Below, one piece after another: positions 58,162 through 64,000 of a stretch of 64,000 nt of DNA. The notes beneath the pieces are model-generated. The model was given only the letters and a program-made list of their open reading frames with translations. It was not told where the DNA came from and searched no databases. Every line of letters starts with the position of its first letter. The stretch's first letter is position 1. The DNA is from Chthoniobacter flavus (GTDB taxonomy: Bacteria > Verrucomicrobiota > Verrucomicrobiia > Chthoniobacterales > JACTMZ01). A program made the translations under genes and the position numbers. Location of the stretch: contig CAMBUL010000004.1 in the NCBI GenBank assembly GCA_945871065.1, positions 7,847 to 71,846 of the forward strand. The letters run 5' to 3'.

Positions 58162-58973
58162 GGCGAGAACAAAACCCGGAACCGGCGCGAACTCACGCGG
58201 GAATCGCACCGGCCCCGTCTGGGTTGCCTTTTTTTTTCGGCGGGAGCCGGCCTGGAAGGTGCCAGGCTAGCGGCTGTTGGGGATGGAGAAGCGGGATCTT
58301 GCCGCTTGGATTTTTCTTGGGAAAGCGGCGGGATGCCGCTTCTACTTTGGGTTGACTTGGCACCCGCCGGGGCTGATTTCTGCGTGATAGTCGCAGAGAA
58401 TCCGGTCGCTTCGTTCGTCCATGACTCGCCGCAACCGACGATAAAATCCAGCGACTGCCCGGCGGAGGCGGAAAATTGCAGATCGAACTCCTGGTCTTCG
58501 GTGATCGCCCGCTTGTCAAGGAGCGTCTGGTTCCCGAGCCGGATGATGACGTCCCGGTCCCCGGCGTTGGCCAGGATGCGAAACAAGCCGGTCACGCGGT
58601 AGGTGGTCTTCGGCGTGCCATTCGGGGCAGTCCATCGAATAGCGGTTGCCTTGTCGGGCGAAGTTCCCGGGTGGATCGCCGCCTCGCCCGGCTCGGTTCC
58701 AAAAGCCGGCCCGACCGCCAGCCAGACGAGGCCGTTTCCCCAGACATCAGCGTCTGCGAAGTTCCACATTTTCCACTGGTCGTTCTCCTGAATGTCCGTG
58801 AACGCCCTGAAGCTGCCGCTGGCGTCGATGTCTGCCCGTCCGGCACTCCACTGGCTGCCGGGCTTTGCGATGGAGTCGAAATCATTTGGCATCGACCATT
58901 CCCCGGCGGCCATGAGAGCCGGAGCAATGCCCGCAAAGACGGTGAGAAGCAGGAGTTTGATGGTGGATTTCAT
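58128..58973 (-). CDS. Secreted hypothetical protein with a low-complexity basic tail
   Basis: Start at Met 58973 with signal peptide MKSTIKLLLLTVFAGIAPALMA. A globular part runs to ...GFSATITQK, then a Pro/Ser/Lys/Arg tail that contains an A9 run and overlaps the next gene. Confidence 0.5.
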   Translation of the reverse strand: MKSTIKLLLLTVFAGIAPALMAAGEWSMPNDFDSIAKPGSQWSAGRADIDASGSFRAFTDIQENDQWKMWNFADADVWGNGLVWLAVGPAFGTEPGEAAIHPGTSPDKATAIRWTAPNGTPKTTYRVTGLFRILANAGDRDVIIRLGNQTLLDKRAITEDQEFDLQFSASAGQSLDFIVGCGESWTNEATGFSATITQKSAPAGAKSTQSRSGIPPLSQEKSKRQDPASPSPTAASLAPSRPAPAEKKRQPRRGRCDSRVSSRRFRVLFSPWRSRSARNCA

Positions 58974-59140
58974 AAGGGTGATGGGATCAAGGGGCCGCAA
59001 AAATTGCAGCGGGTTCTGTGCCGGTGCCAAAACTGCGGCAGTTTGTGGATTTTTGCCGCAGATTTGGAGGTGACCTTGAGCGAGGCCAAACCTGCGCCAC
59101 GCACCCACACATTCGGGGGTTCTTGCAGAGAGTTCAAGTG

Positions 59141-59186
59141 CCCGCATTTACACCATGATGTAAAATTATTACACGATCTTGCAGAG
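59141..59186 (-). promoter_or_regulatory. Conserved palindromic element, copy A (candidate operator/promoter upstream of 58973 gene)
   Basis: CCGCATTTACACCATGATGTAAAATTATTACACGATCTTGCAGAG contains TTTACA-N6-TGTAAA. It aligns with copy B at 61929..61975. Confidence 0.45.
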
Positions 59187-59216
59187 CTGCTGCAAGGGCG
59201 AATGCCTCCCCCGCTC

Positions 59217-60401
59217 TCAATGCCGCTGGTCGGGATGGTAGTTTTTGCGAATTTCGGCCGGCGTGTGCCCGAGGCGTTTGCGGAAGAAAGCCGTCATGTG
59301 CTGGACGCTGCTGAAGCCGCACTGGCCGGCGACGGATTTGAGCGGGGCCCTGGTGTGGAGCACCTGCTCGTGGGCGCGATCGAACCGGATGTCCATGATC
59401 TTGGCGGCGAGCGTGGAATGGAAGCACTCCCTGAACCGGGCTTCGAGCCCGCTGCGCGAGCGCCCGACCTGCCGGCACACCGCGTGCGGGGTCAGCCCAT
59501 CGCAGGCACCCTGCCGGATAATCTGAAACGCGCGTGCGGCGTCCGCGTCATCCACGGCGAGGCATTCGGTGGAGGCGCGGGCGATAACGCCGACGGGTTC
59601 GATCACAAACTGGCGGGGGTGGCGGGAGCGGGTTGACATCAGGCTGTGGAGCCATTTTGCCGCGCGGTAGCCGACCTCCCGCGCGCCCTGCTCGATGCTG
59701 GAGAGAGGCGGATAGCTCAACTCACAAATCAGCGGATCGTTGTCCACCCCGATGACGGCCACCTCGTCAGGGACGCGAACCCCACCGGCCCGGCAGGCGG
59801 CGAGGAGCGATTGTGCGCGGCGGTCCGTGGCAGCAAAAATACCGACCGGTTTCGGCAGGGTCCCGAGCCACCGGAGAATGGTTTTCACGAATTGGCTCCA
59901 GTTGTGTGTGGCGTCCGCCGGGAGGCGGAGGGTTTTGCATGTGCCGCCTGCCGCAGCGACCTCGTTGGCGAAGGCCATTTCGCGGGCACCCGACCAGCAA
60001 TTTTTTGAGGTGCGAGTGTATCCAAAAAACGCGAAATTCCGGAACCCGCGTTCGAGGAGGTGCCGTGCGGCGAGGCGGGAGATGGCCTCGTTGTTGGTCG
60101 AGACGTAGCTCAGGCCGGGCGCGCATCCGGAGCCGCCGAAGGCGACCACCGGCAGGCCCGAGGCTCTGACCTGCCGCTCGACGCCGGGATGGTCGAAGTT
60201 GGCGATCACTCCGCTGCCATCCCAAGCGGCAAGGTCCGGGAGCCGCCGGTGTCCGGACGGATTTTCCTCGATGAAAATCTCCCAGTCGCGGCGCTCCCGC
60301 ACAAAGGCTGTCACACCCAGAACCACCTGGGAATCGTAAGGAAGCCGCGCGTCAAAAATGAGGGCGACCCGCTTCGTTGGCGATTTGCGGCTTTTCGGCA
60401 T
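59217..60401 (-). CDS. XylR-like regulator: periplasmic-binding-protein-type sugar sensor domain fused to an AraC-type HTH
   Basis: ATG at 60401; the listed start 60419 is TTG. RVALIFDARLPYDSQVVLGV...AVIGVDNDPLICEL (PBP/LacI-type fold), then C-terminal ...CGFSSVQHMTAFFRKRLGHTPAEIR (AraC HTH). Confidence 0.8.
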   Translation of the reverse strand: MPKSRKSPTKRVALIFDARLPYDSQVVLGVTAFVRERRDWEIFIEENPSGHRRLPDLAAWDGSGVIANFDHPGVERQVRASGLPVVAFGGSGCAPGLSYVSTNNEAISRLAARHLLERGFRNFAFFGYTRTSKNCWSGAREMAFANEVAAAGGTCKTLRLPADATHNWSQFVKTILRWLGTLPKPVGIFAATDRRAQSLLAACRAGGVRVPDEVAVIGVDNDPLICELSYPPLSSIEQGAREVGYRAAKWLHSLMSTRSRHPRQFVIEPVGVIARASTECLAVDDADAARAFQIIRQGACDGLTPHAVCRQVGRSRSGLEARFRECFHSTLAAKIMDIRFDRAHEQVLHTRAPLKSVAGQCGFSSVQHMTAFFRKRLGHTPAEIRKNYHPDQRH

Positions 60402-60470
60402 CGTTCGGGTTCCGGTCAAAATCCGGCCTTTGCTGCCGGATGTCCAGCCTTGTCGTCGGACGGGGAACGG

Positions 60471-61889
60471 CTATTCCCCTCCGTGGCGGAAGACATCCCA
60501 CCCGAGGTAGGTGCCGAACGCCTCTTCGAGGGCGGCGCCCACATGGCCGGTGGTGATGGCGGCGTGGTGGGCGAAGCCGCTGCGGCAGACTTTTTGGAAG
60601 AGCTGCTGGAGCCGGGGGATGTGGGCGACGGCCTTCGTGCCGGACATCTCGGTGAGCGGGTCGTCGGTGAGCAATCCGTCGCCGCAGTAGGCTTTGATGC
60701 TGCCGTTGGTGTCGTCGGTATCGACGCGGGCGTAGGTGAATGGCCCGGCTGCCGTGCGCCCGTCCAGCGCGCCCCACGTGTTCGCGCTTCCGAAGGCGGC
60801 ACCAAGAATCTCGGCGGACACCATCTCCGGCGCGGCGAGCAGGCTCTTCGCCCAGTTGCCGCAATGGAAAAAGACGCACCTGTCGGGGTCGTCGGCGTAG
60901 TTGTTGTTCCAATCCACAAGTGCCGCCGGACGCGTCGAGGCCAGTTGGAGCGCGAGCATGGTGACCACGCCGGAGATGTCGACCTCGCAGGCGCTGGGCA
61001 GCAGGCGCTCGCTCATCATGCTCATCAGCGCGCAGGTGTTGATCCCGTAATTTTCCTGGACCGAACTCCAGCACTGGAGCGCCGTGGCATCAATCGCATT
61101 CGCCCCCATCCATTCCTCCAGAATGACCGCCATCTTTGCCATGAGAAGCAAGGACGGCGCGGGCGCACACTGGCAGGGCACGTAGCCCTTGATCGCCTCC
61201 ACGCGGGAGGTCACGCGCGGGTCCGTGTCGGCGAGGCGGCGGGCCGGATCGAAGACCTGCGACATGTCGAGCGTGGAGACGCTGATCCCGCTGCGCTCGA
61301 GGAGCTTCTCGCTGAACCGGACCGTCTTGAAGCTGTCCGGACGCGCGCCAACCGCCCCGATGCGGGCACCGCGCAGGCCGGAAACGACGCGGCACACGGC
61401 ATGGAACTGCAGCATCTCCGCGCGGAAGGCAGCCCCCCCGGGATCCATCACATGGCCGGACGTGAGGCTGTAGCGGTAGCCGTATTGCTTGAGCACGTCG
61501 CAGACCGAGAACTTCCCGCAGAACGCGTCCCGGCGTCCGGCCAGCGCGGAAAAGACCGCGAGGTCATCCGGGCAGGCGTGGACAAGGATCGGCACGTCGA
61601 GCCCGGATAGCCGGAGCGCGTCGGCGATGCCCTTCTCGTCCCCAAAATTCGGCAGCGTCACGAGCACGCCCGCGATGCGCTCGCGGTGCTGCCGGAACAG
61701 CTCCGCGCATTTCCCCGCGTCCTCCCACGACTCGACGGCCCCCATCTTGGTGGTGGCCTCGTCCAGGATCACCGCCTCGATGCCGAGATCCTTGAGAGTC
61801 TGAAGAATGGCTTTCCGGCCCTCGCCGACGACCCGGTCGTCAAAAAATCCGCGGTTGCCAACGATCACTGCGATTGCCTGTTTTTTCAT
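60471..61889 (-). CDS. L-fucose/L-arabinose isomerase-family sugar isomerase
   Basis: Start at Met 61889. MKKQAIAVIVGNRGFFDDRVVGEGRKAILQTLKDLGIEAVIL...LPNFGDEKG matches the N-terminal pattern of FucI-like isomerases; about 472 aa. Confidence 0.65.
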   Translation of the reverse strand: MKKQAIAVIVGNRGFFDDRVVGEGRKAILQTLKDLGIEAVILDEATTKMGAVESWEDAGKCAELFRQHRERIAGVLVTLPNFGDEKGIADALRLSGLDVPILVHACPDDLAVFSALAGRRDAFCGKFSVCDVLKQYGYRYSLTSGHVMDPGGAAFRAEMLQFHAVCRVVSGLRGARIGAVGARPDSFKTVRFSEKLLERSGISVSTLDMSQVFDPARRLADTDPRVTSRVEAIKGYVPCQCAPAPSLLLMAKMAVILEEWMGANAIDATALQCWSSVQENYGINTCALMSMMSERLLPSACEVDISGVVTMLALQLASTRPAALVDWNNNYADDPDRCVFFHCGNWAKSLLAAPEMVSAEILGAAFGSANTWGALDGRTAAGPFTYARVDTDDTNGSIKAYCGDGLLTDDPLTEMSGTKAVAHIPRLQQLFQKVCRSGFAHHAAITTGHVGAALEEAFGTYLGWDVFRHGGE

Positions 61890-61928
61890 AGGGGAGGAAA
61901 TACGGATTCCCGCGAAAACTTCAAGGAT

Positions 61929-61975
61929 CCGCATTTACACAATCGTGTAAATTATTTATACCAGCTTGCAATATC
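61929..61975 (-). promoter_or_regulatory. Conserved palindromic element, copy B (candidate operator/promoter upstream of the isomerase gene)
   Basis: CCGCATTTACACAATCGTGTAAATTATTTATACCAGCTTGCAATA contains the perfect palindrome TTTACAC-AATC-GTGTAAA. It begins 40 nt upstream of ATG 61889. Confidence 0.45.
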
Positions 61976-62046
61976 CTGGTCGCATCCTGCCTGCCGCAGG
62001 GCGCAAGTCCAGCGGGGTCATTCGGCTGTGAAGACCGCTTGACGAC

Positions 62047-62065
62047 TGATGCGTGATGCGTGATG
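62047..62065 (+). repeat. Tandem heptamers TGATGCG x2.7 overlapping the vapB translation start region
   Basis: TGATGCG TGATGCG TGATG at 62047-62065, preceded by TTGACG at 62039. Confidence 0.6.
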
Positions 62066-62074
62066 TTTTCGTTC

Positions 62075-62305
62075 ATGAGGACGACATTGAATTTGGACGA
62101 CGACGTGATCGAGACGGCGAAGGTGCTGGCGTCCCGGAAGGGGCAGTCATTGGGCGTGGTGGTTTCTGAACTGATACGGCAGGCGGTGCAGCCGACGGCG
62201 AAGGCACCGGCGAAGCGAAATGGGATCCCTTTGTTTCCGGTGGCGCGAGGAGCACATCCGGTCACCCCCGGGATCGTGGCGGAATTGCTCGATGAAACCC
62301 CATGA
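62075..62305 (+). CDS. vapB: Type II antitoxin, VapB family
   Basis: MRTTLNLDDDVIETAKVLASRKGQSLGVVVSELIRQA is the typical VapB-antitoxin N-terminus. Its stop overlaps the vapC ATG (ATGA). Confidence 0.8.
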   Translation: MRTTLNLDDDVIETAKVLASRKGQSLGVVVSELIRQAVQPTAKAPAKRNGIPLFPVARGAHPVTPGIVAELLDETP

Positions 62306-62739
62306 ACCGGTTTCTCCTCGATGTGAATGCCTTGCTGGCTCTGCTTGATCCGATGCATGTGCATCATGAAGCGGCGCACAATTGGTATGGGCGGAGGTCT
62401 CAGAAGCGCCTGCTGACATGTTCCCACGTCGAGAACGGGGTGATCCGGGTAGCCAGCCAGCCGAAGTATCCGAATTGTCTCGGGACCGGCGGCCGCGTGC
62501 GCGAAGCGTTACAGAAATTCATCCGCCAAGTGAAAGCCGAGCGGTGCGACCAGGAGATCACGCTCGTCGATGACAAAGTCCTTTTGCGTCCGGAGCTTTT
62601 GACTCCGTCCCGTGTCTCGGATTTGTATTTGCTCGCATTGGCTGCCGCCAACGAAGCCCGGCTGGCGACCTTCGACCGGCGCATTCCTGCTGCGGCCGTG
62701 GCCGGCGGCTCCAAGGCGCTGGAACTTATCCCGATTTGA
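62302..62739 (+). CDS. vapC: PIN-domain toxin, VapC family
   Basis: MNRFLLDVNALLALLDP... (first acidic PIN residue) and ...LATFDRRI near the C-terminus; 145 aa. Confidence 0.8.
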   Translation: MNRFLLDVNALLALLDPMHVHHEAAHNWYGRRSQKRLLTCSHVENGVIRVASQPKYPNCLGTGGRVREALQKFIRQVKAERCDQEITLVDDKVLLRPELLTPSRVSDLYLLALAAANEARLATFDRRIPAAAVAGGSKALELIPI

Positions 62740-63934
62740 GCCGGATCTGGGGGGCTGGCTTCAGGAAACGGCATGTCTCCCTTGCGATGGCCAGCTCCTC
62801 GTTGGCCTCGATCACGAAGGCCGGCACTGCGGAATCTTCTGTCGTAATTCTCCCCTGCGAGCCCAGACCATGGGAACGGTTGAGTTCGGGATCGCACCGC
62901 ACTCCCAGCACGCCCAGTTGCGCGAGGGTTCGCTCGCGCACGGAGGGGGAATTTTCCCCGATCCCGCCGGTGAAAACCAGCGCATCAATCGTTTCCAGGG
63001 AGGCCCCCATGGACAAAACCGCTTTGGCCAGCCGGTGGCAGAACACGTCGATGGCCAGGCGCGCCCGCTCGTTTCCCGCCGCCTCTGCGGCGGCAAGCGT
63101 CCTCATGTCGTTGGACAACCCCGACAGCCCGAGCAGGCCGCTCTTGTGGTTCAGGATTTCATCCACTTGGCGAAGGCTCAGATTTTCGCACTCCGCGAGG
63201 AAGGCATGCATCGCCGGATCCACGTCCCCGCTGCGGTTTCCCATGACCAGCCCTTCGAGCGGAGTCAGCCCCATGGTGGTATCCGCACTCCGGCCTTGGC
63301 GAATCGCGCACGCGCTGCATCCGTTTCCCAAGTGGACGGTGATGGCGTTCAAGTCAGAGAATGCCAGCCCCAGGCGGCGGGCCGCCTGCTCGCCCACGTA
63401 GGCGTGGCTGATCCCGTGAAACCCATACCGGCGGATCCTGTGCTTCGCATAGAAATCGTAGGGAATGGCATAATGGAATGCCTTCGGCGGCAGGCTCTGG
63501 TGAAAGGCCGTGTCGAAGACAGCCGCTTGCGGAGTCTTTGGAAATTGCCGGAGCACCTCCCGGATCACAGCGACGCTCCGGGGATTATGCAGGGGGGCGA
63601 GCCTCCCGCACCGCTCGATCTCCCCGAGCGAGGCTTCATCGATCCGGCTGGCTCCGCCAAAAAACTCTCCGCCATGCACCACGCGGTGCCCGATCGCTGC
63701 CAGGGAGGACTCCGCCGAAACCTCCGAGATGATTTTCTCGAGCGCCTCGACAATGGTGGCGCCGGGCAGACAGCACGAGCGGCTGCCCCCCGCAGACGTC
63801 TTCATCAGGAAGCAGGCTTCCGGCGAGTCCAAGCTTTGAACGATCCCGCCAGCGCGCAGGTCCGTCACCGCCAGATCGAACACCGCAAATTTCAGCGAGG
63901 AACTCCCCGCATTGAGGACCAGGATGTTATCCAT
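62726..63934 (-). CDS. ackA: Acetate kinase
   Basis: Start at Met 63934. MDNILVLNAGSSSLKFAVFD, FHGISH and TGGIGENS motifs. Its 3' end overlaps the vapC 3' end by 14 nt (convergent). Confidence 0.92.
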   Translation of the reverse strand: MDNILVLNAGSSSLKFAVFDLAVTDLRAGGIVQSLDSPEACFLMKTSAGGSRSCCLPGATIVEALEKIISEVSAESSLAAIGHRVVHGGEFFGGASRIDEASLGEIERCGRLAPLHNPRSVAVIREVLRQFPKTPQAAVFDTAFHQSLPPKAFHYAIPYDFYAKHRIRRYGFHGISHAYVGEQAARRLGLAFSDLNAITVHLGNGCSACAIRQGRSADTTMGLTPLEGLVMGNRSGDVDPAMHAFLAECENLSLRQVDEILNHKSGLLGLSGLSNDMRTLAAAEAAGNERARLAIDVFCHRLAKAVLSMGASLETIDALVFTGGIGENSPSVRERTLAQLGVLGVRCDPELNRSHGLGSQGRITTEDSAVPAFVIEANEELAIARETCRFLKPAPQIRLKSG

Positions 63935-64000
63935 ATTGAGAGCAGCAGACCCATCGCCAGGATCCAATTTGATTTTCGATTTTTATTGGCGGTCCAAAAT

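Noticed and set aside
35239-61889. Calling the glycan island a mobile element or genomic island with defined ends
   Set aside because: No integrase, transposase, tRNA-adjacent att site or flanking direct repeats could be identified by eye. Only indirect evidence exists (a debris patch and a TA module), so it is reported as a finding, not as a mobile_element feature.

Overview
High-GC bacterial chromosome segment. The gene content (PEP-CTERM/FGE-type secreted proteins, a DUF2723-TPR glycosyltransferase, many CAZymes) suggests Verrucomicrobiota, possibly Opitutae-like; this is inference only. Most long ORFs antisense to the calls below are shadow ORFs typical of GC-rich DNA. (1) 1-6.7 kb, minus strand: the canonical tRNA-Thr / tuf / tRNA-Trp / secE / nusG / rplKAJL / rpoB cluster. 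(2) 6.8-15.8 kb: ymdB co-transcribed with a Cys-rich 664-aa orphan, an FGE-like PEP-CTERM protein plus a truncated paralog, an amidase, a lone parA, pyrE and an RCK-pore-RCK channel homolog. (3) 16.1-23.2 kb: a complete light-harvesting module. It holds a xanthorhodopsin-clade DTE proton-pump opsin, a strong terminator, then translationally coupled crtE-crtI-crtB-crtY-blh plus a coupled SAM methyltransferase. (4) 23-34.4 kb, housekeeping: DUF2723/TPR glycosyltransferase, tonB-exbB-exbD-def, a glycosylase, sixA, fabG, a lolC/E permease, and a split chrA pair coupled to a possible CYTH-like protein. (5) 34.4-35.2 kb: gene debris (discoidin, PIN and glycosidase C-terminal fragments) marking a junction. 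(6) 35.2-61.9 kb: a large glycan-utilisation island. It encodes two GxGYxYP-like paralogs, a GH38-like protein with altered catalytic motifs, three transporter families, two GH2-type enzymes, a frameshifted GH3, a XylR-like regulator and a FucI-like isomerase, and a conserved palindromic element occurs twice. (7) 62-64 kb: vapBC and ackA. No CRISPR array, rRNA, transposase or integrase was seen. The best candidates for undescribed biology are the glycan island, built around uncharacterised GxGYxYP/GH38-like proteins, and the CYTH-like/split-ChrA operon. The opsin cluster is a known system type with some unusual neighbours.
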